Part shown: one piece after another, positions 1 to 6,553 of the stretch
Numbering within the stretch: the first letter of the stretch is position 1
Layout of the letters: every line of letters begins with the position of its first letter
Virus record (IMG/VR): IMGVR_UViG_3300025528_000002
Coordinates: 1-44,786 of that record
Length of the DNA: 44,786 nucleotides
From: a virus
Strand: one strand, 5' to 3'
Notes under the pieces: model-generated
What the model was told of the DNA's origin: nothing
The model's database searches: none
The model's input: the letters and a program-made list of their open reading frames with translations, nothing else
Made by a program: the position numbers and the translations under genes

Positions 1-99
1 AGGTTTTTAGGCCACTTTGATATATTTTAAATGCATCAGATATGTTTAGAACACAAGTTCATCCGTGGGAACGCGAACAATATATGCAAATGTATTAAT
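1..99 (+). repeat. Terminal direct repeat, copy 1 (identical to 44688-44786)
   Basis: Manual base-by-base comparison: aggtttttaggccactttgatatattttaaatgc...gcaaatgtattaat occurs at both window ends. Confidence 0.95.
48..61. promoter_or_regulatory. LexA (Cheo) box-like site AGAACACAAGTTCA inside the terminal repeat (second copy about 44735-44748)
   Basis: Perfect GAAC-N4-GTTC at 49-60. It lies just downstream of a possible TTGATA(17-22)-N18-TATGTT(41-46) promoter on the + strand. Confidence 0.35.
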
Positions 100-121
100 T
101 GATATATCAACATTTTCTATG

Positions 122-177
122 TGGCCATATTGGTGGTCGTTGATGTCCTCAGCATCAATGGCCACAATTTGGCCACA
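122..177 (+). repeat. TGGCCA(C/T)A direct repeats, candidate integrase arm-type sites (122-128 degenerate, 159-167, 170-177)
   Basis: tggccat, tggccacaa and tggccaca share one orientation with 11-nt spacing of the last two. They lie just beyond the integrase stop codon. Confidence 0.45.
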
Positions 178-188
178 TTTTTTCTTTT

Positions 189-1346
189 TTATTCCTTTGC
201 AAGGTTCTCATATAAGCTCTCCATGTGGTTTTCGAATTTTTGTAAAGAATCTTGTTCCATTTTCTTTGATATGTGTGAATACACATCGGCAGTAATCTGC
301 ATACTACCGTGTCCAAGTCGTTCTTGCACATATTTCAACGACGCTCCGGATTCTAATAGTAACACTGCGTGGGTATGTCGAAGAGAATGGATGGGTAATT
401 TCGGTAATCCCGCGCGTTTTAAGATTCGCTCAAACGCATTGAACAAAGAAGACTTTGGCATATAATTGCCATCATTACGACAAAGAACTAAATTAAGGTC
501 ATGGCGATATAATTCGTTTAATGCTAGTTTATTTTGGTTTTGATACTTTTTATGAAAATGTAGATCATTGGCTAATGATTGGCTAATGGTAATAATTCTT
601 TTGGAATTATAAGTTTTTGTATCACCAAACAATTCATCTTCACTTTTTGCTTGGAAGTCTAATGATTTATTGATATTAATAGTTCTTTCTTTCAAATTTA
701 TATCTGTCCATTGCAGAGCTGCAGCTTCTCCTTTTCTCATTCCTGTTTCAATTAACACTTTAAAAAAGATCCAGTAAATATAGCCGTATTTATACGCTTC
801 TTGGAGGAAAGCGGGGATATCTTTAGATTCGATGAATTGAATATCTTTCTTTTTACTTTGTCCTTTTATTGTCGCACCCACACAAGGATTCTTTTCTATT
901 TTATTTAACGTTACTGCTTTTTCTAAAGCGCTATGCATCGTGCCATGGACGATCTCAACAGTGCGTTTACTATATCCTTTACTGGCCAATTCGTTTAAAA
1001 AAGTTTGATACATAATAGGTTTAACGTCTTTTAATAAGATATTTCTAAAGTAGGGTACGATATGTTTTTCCACATTTCTTTTATGAAGATTGAAAGTATT
1101 TTTCCTCACAGATCCTTTTTTATATTCACTCAGCCACGTGTAAAGAAAATTTTTTAATGAAATGTCTGTTTGTTCGTATCCCTCTAGTAGTTTTTTCTCA
1201 TCCTCTGCAGCTGCTAATTGTGCTTCTTTTTTGGTCTTAAATCCTCCTTTTGCTTTCTCTCTATACTCTTGTGTGAAAGGATCTTTATATCGGATTCTAT
1301 AAAACCATGTGCTTCCTTTTTTACGAAAGCTTGCCATTCTAATCAC
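189..1346 (-). CDS. int: Tyrosine site-specific integrase
   Basis: 385-aa ORF. Catalytic signature is visible: TGMRKGE (Arg), HSLRHTH (His-x-x-Arg), LGHGS...DVYSH (Tyr). RBS AAGGAG lies upstream on the minus strand. The gene is adjacent to the att/junction region. Confidence 0.95.
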   Translation of the reverse strand: MIRMASFRKKGSTWFYRIRYKDPFTQEYREKAKGGFKTKKEAQLAAAEDEKKLLEGYEQTDISLKNFLYTWLSEYKKGSVRKNTFNLHKRNVEKHIVPYFRNILLKDVKPIMYQTFLNELASKGYSKRTVEIVHGTMHSALEKAVTLNKIEKNPCVGATIKGQSKKKDIQFIESKDIPAFLQEAYKYGYIYWIFFKVLIETGMRKGEAAALQWTDINLKERTININKSLDFQAKSEDELFGDTKTYNSKRIITISQSLANDLHFHKKYQNQNKLALNELYRHDLNLVLCRNDGNYMPKSSLFNAFERILKRAGLPKLPIHSLRHTHAVLLLESGASLKYVQERLGHGSMQITADVYSHISKKMEQDSLQKFENHMESLYENLAKE

Positions 1347-1395
1347 TCCTTATTTTTGTCGTGGCAGGGGAGATCGAACGTTTACATCACCTCCT

Positions 1396-1854
1396 TTAAA
1401 GGAACGTATGTTCTGTTTTAGGGTTAAAATTTTTTAGGTGAATAAGTTCCTTCGGAATGCTATGTATTTCTGCGATGTCATAAATAGTTATGTCTGTATT
1501 TTGGTATTGGTAAATCATTTCGTCTTGGAGCAATAATTCAACAGCAAATGTATTTGCTTCAATCTCCAGCCTTTCAACGGAGAGCAATGTGTTGGCCCTT
1601 AAAAAAGGGGTGTTGGATTTCGGGTGCAACACAGCATGACCAAGCTCGTGAGCACACACAAACCTTTGCTGCACTTCGTTCAGCCGATTGTTAATATGGA
1701 TAAATTTTGACCTCTTATAAGAGCTGTAAAATCCAAGAGTATCGCCGAGCTCAGCGAATAAGACGATAATTTGTTTTTCAAATGCTATTTGAAATGGATC
1801 ATTAGATTGATGCTTTTTTACGATTTTTTTCACTATCTGCTTAATTTCTCCCAT
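1396..1854 (-). CDS. immA: ImmA/IrrE-family zinc metallopeptidase (anti-repressor protease)
   Basis: 152 aa with an HELGH (HEXXH) motif. It lies immediately downstream of the XRE repressor in the same operon, the same arrangement as ImmR-ImmA. Confidence 0.85.
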   Translation of the reverse strand: MGEIKQIVKKIVKKHQSNDPFQIAFEKQIIVLFAELGDTLGFYSSYKRSKFIHINNRLNEVQQRFVCAHELGHAVLHPKSNTPFLRANTLLSVERLEIEANTFAVELLLQDEMIYQYQNTDITIYDIAEIHSIPKELIHLKNFNPKTEHTFL

Positions 1855-1868
1855 TCCTTGTCACCCCA

Positions 1869-2312
1869 TTATTTTCTGTATTTTTTGGGAGTGAATTTTT
1901 TCTTGGCTATTTTTTTGGCCAGCCTCATTGAGTTTTCTAAAGAAATTTTGATGAGCTCTTTAGTCTCCTCGTCCATTGGCTCGCCGTCATACATAAGACC
2001 TTCTCGGTTTTCGAGACTATCCATGATTTTTTGCAGATCTTTGGCAATATCAAGCTCATCTTTCTCAGTTAGTTCAGGAAGTTGTTGATCCTGTTTTAAT
2101 TTTTCATCATCTTCATCGATCAAGCTAGTTACAGGCACATTTAAAGCGGCTGCCAACGCTTTTATAGTGTCAATGCTCGGATTATATCGGTCTCTTTCAA
2201 CGTCCGCCAGATAAGACCTAGAAATGTTAGCTTTTTGAGCCAATTCCATTTGAGTGAGCTTAGCATTTTTTCTATGTATTCTAATATTTTCACCTAAAGT
2301 CATTTTTGGCAC
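1869..2312 (-). CDS. XRE-family phage repressor (CI/ImmR-like, no S24 peptidase domain)
   Basis: 147 aa. N-terminal HTH_XRE (LTQMELAQKANISRSYLADVERDRYNPS). Acidic/coiled C-terminal half without Ser-Lys protease motifs. Divergent from the cro-like gene. Confidence 0.85.
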   Translation of the reverse strand: MPKMTLGENIRIHRKNAKLTQMELAQKANISRSYLADVERDRYNPSIDTIKALAAALNVPVTSLIDEDDEKLKQDQQLPELTEKDELDIAKDLQKIMDSLENREGLMYDGEPMDEETKELIKISLENSMRLAKKIAKKKFTPKKYRK

Positions 2313-2319
2313 TCCTTTT

Positions 2320-2338
2320 ATGTCGGTTATTCCGACAT
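2320..2338. promoter_or_regulatory. Perfect 7-5-7 palindrome ATGTCGG-ttatt-CCGACAT in the repressor leader, with a half-site repeat at 2363-2369
   Basis: Read directly. It lies between the leftward promoter and the repressor RBS. Confidence 0.6.
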
Positions 2339-2348
2339 CGTTAGTTTG

Positions 2349-2377
2349 ATTATAGTATGACTATGTCGGATATACAA
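2349..2377 (-). promoter_or_regulatory. Leftward sigma-A-type promoter for the repressor-immA-int operon
   Basis: On the minus strand: TTGTAT (2377-2372) - 17 nt - TATAAT (2354-2349). The ATCCGACAT half-site lies in the spacer. Confidence 0.5.
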
Positions 2378-2387
2378 TATTCGGAAT

Positions 2388-2406
2388 GACGGAAATACAA
2401 GTAAAT
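2388..2406 (+). promoter_or_regulatory. Operator-like 19-mer GACGGAAATACAAGTAAAT, copy 1
   Basis: Exact direct repeat, also at 2418-2436 and 2735-2753. The 13-nt core recurs at 2493-2505. Confidence 0.6.
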
Positions 2407-2417
2407 TTAAGAAAATA

Positions 2418-2436
2418 GACGGAAATACAAGTAAAT
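2418..2436 (+). promoter_or_regulatory. Operator-like 19-mer, copy 2
   Basis: Exact repeat 30 nt downstream of copy 1. Confidence 0.6.
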
Positions 2437-2492
2437 ATTGGCATTTTGCTTTAAAATGCTCGAATTTAAGCCAAAATGCGCTTTTACAAAAA

Positions 2493-2505
2493 GACGGAAA
2501 TACAA
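2493..2505 (+). promoter_or_regulatory. Operator-like core GACGGAAATACAA, copy 3 (partial)
   Basis: 13-nt core match about 30 nt upstream of the cro-like start codon. Confidence 0.5.
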
Positions 2506-2534
2506 TACATTTATATCAACGGAGGTGAGAAAAT

Positions 2535-2789
2535 ATGCTAGATAAAAAAACTCTTGGGAAAATCATCAAGAGCAAAAGAAATGAAATTGGGATGACGCAA
2601 GATCAGCTATCTTCTGCAACCAGATTATCCAGAAACTATATATCGGATATTGAAAACGGTAGATATATGCCGAGTATCAATTCTCTTTCCAAAATAGCTG
2701 TCTGCCTGAATATGGATTTAAATTTGTTAAAAATGACGGAAATACAAGTAAATAGCGATGGTAAGGATGGGGAAGTGTCGGCATCATGA
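2535..2789 (+). CDS. XRE-family Cro-like early regulator
   Basis: 84 aa. HTH_XRE (MTQDQLSSATRLSRNYISDIENGRYMPS). RBS GGAGGTGA 8 nt upstream. Divergent from the repressor. Confidence 0.8.
   Translation: MLDKKTLGKIIKSKRNEIGMTQDQLSSATRLSRNYISDIENGRYMPSINSLSKIAVCLNMDLNLLKMTEIQVNSDGKDGEVSAS
2735..2753 (+). promoter_or_regulatory. Operator-like 19-mer, copy 4, inside the 3' end of the cro-like gene
   Basis: Exact 19-mer. The flanking aatGACGG...AAAT also matches copy 1. Confidence 0.55.
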
Positions 2790-3055
2790 TCCAAGTCCAA
2801 ATCGATGAACAAGAAGTTCGTAAGTTGTATCTGCAAAAGCTTGAAGAAAAGCTGAAAGAGATTGATAGAGAGCTAGTTTTTTGGGACACAGCTGAACTCA
2901 AACGTCGTACATGTTTAAGTTGGAACACCATCCAGAAAGAGTTTTTCTTCGACTCTCGTTTCCCCAAGTACAAGGTTGGTGGCAAGTGGATATTTCCAGC
3001 TAAGGAATGCCAAGAATTCTTGCTTACTTGGCTGAAAGAGCAGCCAAAGAGCTGA
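2786..3055 (+). CDS. Early protein, putative DNA-binding (excisionase/DUF771-like)
   Basis: 89 aa. ATGA overlap with the cro-like stop. The family assignment is from memory of similar Firmicute phage proteins only. Confidence 0.45.
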   Translation: MIQVQIDEQEVRKLYLQKLEEKLKEIDRELVFWDTAELKRRTCLSWNTIQKEFFFDSRFPKYKVGGKWIFPAKECQEFLLTWLKEQPKS

Positions 3056-3068
3056 AGGGAGGTTTTAT

Positions 3069-3248
3069 ATGCGAAATAAATATCCTGGCATTTGTTATCG
3101 CTGCGGCGAATTGGTCAAAAAGGGCGAAGGACATTTCGAGCGACATCAAGGCAGATGGCGCGTACAACACGCCGAATGTGCCATTATTTACCGCGAAATA
3201 GGTCGTCATCATAAGAAGGAGGCGACAAACATTGAAAATCGTGCCTAA
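3069..3248 (+). CDS. Small Cys/His-rich protein (59 aa, below the ORF-track cutoff)
   Basis: MRNKYPGICYRCGELVKKGEGHFERHQGRWRVQHAECAI... RBS GGGAGG 7 nt upstream. CxxC...HxxC is zinc-ribbon-like. Confidence 0.5.
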   Translation: MRNKYPGICYRCGELVKKGEGHFERHQGRWRVQHAECAIIYREIGRHHKKEATNIENRA

Positions 3249-3408
3249 CGATTATCGCAATGAGTGTCAGAGGGATACAGCCTTGATCATCACCGGCATG
3301 GATGAAGATAGTGTTTTTGCAAAGTGTCCGTATTGCGGTGCAAAGTTTGATTTGATTCGTGAAGGTTGCCGTATCAAGGAATTGATGGGAGGTGAAACAA
3401 GTCGATGA
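3232..3408 (+). CDS. Small Cys-containing protein (58 aa, TTG start)
   Basis: RBS GGAGG at 3218-3222, 9 nt before the TTG. Contains CPYC...C. Overlaps its neighbours, as in translational coupling. Confidence 0.4.
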   Translation: MKIVPNDYRNECQRDTALIITGMDEDSVFAKCPYCGAKFDLIREGCRIKELMGGETSR

Positions 3409-3566
3409 AAAACGGAAAGCGGCCAACCAGACGGGAAAAGGAAGTCATCAAGAAATACAATCTCGATCCCAGAAATTGGTTGGTGTCAAAGCGAAATGAT
3501 GGAATGCTGTTGTTGGTTCATAGATTTACGAATTCCGTAAGACAGATTCCAAATGAAGGGAGGTGA
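3405..3566 (+). CDS. Small phage protein (53 aa, DUF6906-like)
   Basis: MKNGKRPTRREKEVIKKYNLDPRNWLV resembles a common small Firmicute phage family (from memory). ATGA overlap with the upstream ORF. Confidence 0.5.
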   Translation: MKNGKRPTRREKEVIKKYNLDPRNWLVSKRNDGMLLLVHRFTNSVRQIPNEGR

Positions 3567-3570
3567 GCTG

Positions 3571-3645
3571 ATGGGATATATCGCTTTCGCTTTGATCTTT
3601 TTCCCTAGCATCATCATTGGGAGGGCCCTAATCGAAAAGTGGTAA
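3571..3645 (+). CDS. 24-aa hydrophobic micropeptide (MGYIAFALIFFPSIIIGRALIEKW)
   Basis: Strong RBS GGGAGGTGA 6 nt upstream. Very short, so tentative. Confidence 0.3.
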   Translation: MGYIAFALIFFPSIIIGRALIEKW

Positions 3646-3664
3646 CTGAAAGGAGGTGAAACTC

Positions 3665-3925
3665 ATGCTGCAAAAACTGCATAAAACCATCACGGTTAAC
3701 GACCATGAGTACCATCTATCTGCTAAGCGAGTATACGGAGATATCCTAGTAGAAATTCGCGATGCTGATACTGTGTATGATCGTAAATTAATCGCAGACA
3801 ACGCTAACTTTTTATCAAATCTCAATTCGTTTATTCGTTCCGTTGAACGGAGAAGAAGAGCTAAACAGATTGATAATTTACAAGCTTTAGCGGATCTTCC
3901 CTGTATTGATCTTCGATTCGAATAA
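3665..3925 (+). CDS. Hypothetical early protein (86 aa)
   Basis: ATG preceded by AAAGGAGGTGA. The track ORF begins at an upstream GTG inside the RBS. Confidence 0.6.
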   Translation: MLQKLHKTITVNDHEYHLSAKRVYGDILVEIRDADTVYDRKLIADNANFLSNLNSFIRSVERRRRAKQIDNLQALADLPCIDLRFE

Positions 3926-3995
3926 AAAAGCTGACCATAACAGTCAGCAAGAAAAATATAAACCCATTTTCATTATATCAGGAGGAATTAGAAAA

Positions 3996-4463
3996 ATGAA
4001 TATTGTGATCGAGATTAAAGCAACAGAAGTGGCTCAAGCCATTCAAGCGCTAGCCCGTGCTATTTCAGGAAATTTAGAAACTATCCATAACCGAATCGAA
4101 AATGCGGTCGAATCGGGTTCGCAAATCCAATTGGCTCAAGAAACACAAGTTCAACAGTCGCAACCAGCTTCCGTAACGACAGCACCGCAATCTCAACCAC
4201 AAGCCGTGCCGACAGCAGTTCCAACAGCGCCGCAACCACTGGAAACACAACCAGCGCCACAGCCGCAAGTCGTGCCAACATCTGCGCCAAGCTATACGAT
4301 GGATCAGCTTGCAGTAGCAGCAACGCAACTCATGGACGCCGGAAAACGGGAAGAATTGGTTCAGCTGCTTGCTTCATTCGGTGTACAGGCTTTGACGGCG
4401 CTGCCTAAAGAGCAATACGGCGCATTTGCGACAAAGTTGCGTGAACTGGGGGCGAAACTGTGA
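3996..4463 (+). CDS. Hypothetical protein with a Q/P-rich linker (155 aa)
   Basis: ATG preceded by AGGAGGA. The stop overlaps the start of the next gene. Confidence 0.6.
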   Translation: MNIVIEIKATEVAQAIQALARAISGNLETIHNRIENAVESGSQIQLAQETQVQQSQPASVTTAPQSQPQAVPTAVPTAPQPLETQPAPQPQVVPTSAPSYTMDQLAVAATQLMDAGKREELVQLLASFGVQALTALPKEQYGAFATKLRELGAKL

Positions 4464-5635
4464 GTGGAAAGATTGCACACGCTGAACGCTCTCACGCACT
4501 ACTCTCAGCCAGTGCTTCCCATCGTTGGTTGGTTTGTACACCAAGCGTAAGGTTAGAGGAACAGTTTCCGGATACCACAAGTGAATACGCAAAGGAAGGT
4601 ACACTGGCCCATGAGATCGCCGAGCTGAAACTACGAAAATATTTTACCGAACCGATGAGTCAGCGGACCTTTAATACCCGTTTGAACAAATTCAAAAAAC
4701 ATGAATTGTTCCAGGAAGAAATGCTAAAACACACGGACACATATCTTGATTATTTGAAAGGCATTACGCTTAGTCTTCCGTCTCAACCATATGTGGCCAT
4801 AGAGAAAAGAGTCGATTACAGCGCTTATGCTCCGGAAGGATTCGGCACGGTAGACTGCGCCATTATCGGTGGGGATACACTTTATATCAACGACTTTAAA
4901 TACGGAAAAGGCGTTCCAGTTAGTGCGGTAGACAACCCACAGATGAAGCTTTATGCGCTCGGGGCTTATCTTGAATACAGTTTCTTGTATCCGATTAAAA
5001 ATGTTCATCTGGCCATCATACAGCCTAGGATTGATAACATATCGGAGTTTCAGTTGACCATTGATGAATTGCTAGCATGGGGTGAAGAGATCAAGCCGAT
5101 CGCTCAAAAAGCTTATGACGGTGAAGGGGATTTTGTTCCGGGCGAACATTGCAAGTTCTGCCGAGCAAAAGCACAATGCCGGGCAAGGGCAGATCAATAT
5201 ACAGCTTTAGAAGATTTCAAGCAAATGAAGCCTCCTTTAATCAGCAATGATGAAGTCGGCACTATCCTGGAAAAAGCGTTGCATATCGAAGCTTGGGTGA
5301 AGGACCTCAAAGAGTATGCTCTTGCTGAAAGTTTGAAAGGAAATGAGATTCCAGGTTGGAAAGCAGTTGAAGGTAGGAGCACACGTCAATTTGCTGATTT
5401 GGATAAAGCATTTGATTATCTTAAACAAAATGGTGTTGACGAAGCAATGCTTTATGAGCGTGTACCTTTGACAGTATCCGAGCTTGAAAAGCAATTAGGG
5501 AAAAAAGAGTTTCGCAGTTTAGTAGAAGAAGCCGGGCTCATTGAGAAAACACCAGGAAAACCAACACTCGTTCCGATTTCGGACAAGCGTCAAGCCATCA
5601 CAGCTACACCTAGTGCGGAGAGTGATTTTCAATGA
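4460..5635 (+). CDS. PD-(D/E)XK nuclease, Cas4/RecB-like (DUF2800-type)
   Basis: 391 aa. N-terminal SASASHRWLVCTPS plus C-terminal CKFCRAKAQC gives the 1+3 Cys pattern of Cas4-like Fe-S nucleases. Sits in the replication module. Confidence 0.75.
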   Translation: MSGKIAHAERSHALLSASASHRWLVCTPSVRLEEQFPDTTSEYAKEGTLAHEIAELKLRKYFTEPMSQRTFNTRLNKFKKHELFQEEMLKHTDTYLDYLKGITLSLPSQPYVAIEKRVDYSAYAPEGFGTVDCAIIGGDTLYINDFKYGKGVPVSAVDNPQMKLYALGAYLEYSFLYPIKNVHLAIIQPRIDNISEFQLTIDELLAWGEEIKPIAQKAYDGEGDFVPGEHCKFCRAKAQCRARADQYTALEDFKQMKPPLISNDEVGTILEKALHIEAWVKDLKEYALAESLKGNEIPGWKAVEGRSTRQFADLDKAFDYLKQNGVDEAMLYERVPLTVSELEKQLGKKEFRSLVEEAGLIEKTPGKPTLVPISDKRQAITATPSAESDFQ

Positions 5636-5832
5636 TCACACCATTCTTCCAGCAACGGTTAAAGACGATTTCTACTGAAGGTTTGTATTTGATTTACCAA
5701 GATGCAGTAAATCGCATTGGTTCCCACTACATCGGGGGCGGTCCTGATGTCAACTATATAAAAAAGCAAGAAGCCATTATTTCAACCATTCAAGAAGAAT
5801 TAAATTCTAGAAAAATGTTAAAGGAGAAGTGA
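5632..5832 (+). CDS. Hypothetical protein (66 aa)
   Basis: Start overlaps the upstream stop (ATGA). No recognisable motif. Confidence 0.5.
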   Translation: MITPFFQQRLKTISTEGLYLIYQDAVNRIGSHYIGGGPDVNYIKKQEAIISTIQEELNSRKMLKEK

Positions 5833-5836
5833 TAGT

Positions 5837-6553
5837 ATGACAAACCAAAATTCAACTCGTGTAGTAACTGGGGAAGTTCGTTTCAGCTATGTGAATCTAT
5901 TAAAACCACGTGAAAGCCAATATGGCGGTGAACCGAAATACAGTGTGACTATCCTTGTTCCAAAGTCAGACGTAGCAACAAAACAACGCATTGATGCAGC
6001 TATCGAAGCAGCTAAACAAAAAGGAAAAGCGGAAAAGTGGAATGGAGTTATTCCTCCAATGGTGGCCATTCCTATCCACGATGGCGACGGTGTCCGTCCA
6101 TCCGATGGAATGCCGTTCGGTGAGGAGTGCAAAGGACATTGGGTATTTACGGCATCTTCCAGTGTTGATCATCCTCCAAAAATTGTGGATATCAATCTCA
6201 ATCCAATTATTGATCCAACAGAAGTTTACAGCGGAATGTATGGAAGAATCGCGATAAATTTCGCCCCATATAGCAATGCAGGTAAAAAAGGCATTGGGGC
6301 GTATATCAGCACAAACGTTCAGAAGACTCGTGACGGCGAACCTCTTGGAGCCGCCGCACCTGCTGCAGCAGATGACTTTGGTGCTCCCGCGCAGCCAAAC
6401 GTTCAATCTCAAATGCCATATGGCATGCAACAACCAGCGCAACAGCAAGTTCCGCCAAGTTATGTACCAAGGCAACAACAGCCACAGCAGCCGCAACAAC
6501 AATTTGATCCGATTACAGGTGCACCAGTCAACGGCGGCGTGTATGGGATATGA
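5837..6553 (+). CDS. ssDNA-binding-like protein (DUF2815-type) with a Q/P-rich tail
   Basis: 238 aa. N-terminus RVVTGEVRFSYVNLLKP...KYSVTILVPK is typical of the family found between DUF2800 and the polymerase (from memory). Confidence 0.6.
   Translation: MTNQNSTRVVTGEVRFSYVNLLKPRESQYGGEPKYSVTILVPKSDVATKQRIDAAIEAAKQKGKAEKWNGVIPPMVAIPIHDGDGVRPSDGMPFGEECKGHWVFTASSSVDHPPKIVDINLNPIIDPTEVYSGMYGRIAINFAPYSNAGKKGIGAYISTNVQKTRDGEPLGAAAPAAADDFGAPAQPNVQSQMPYGMQQPAQQQVPPSYVPRQQQPQQPQQQFDPITGAPVNGGVYGI

Noticed and set aside
1-99. Terminal repeats as IS or transposon ends
   Set aside because: The repeats are direct, not inverted. There is no transposase, and a tyrosine integrase with arm-type repeats explains the mobility.
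2388-2753. 19-mer direct repeats as a CRISPR or mini-array
   Set aside because: There are only four copies with unequal spacing, located in a divergent promoter region and inside a gene. Operators are a better reading.
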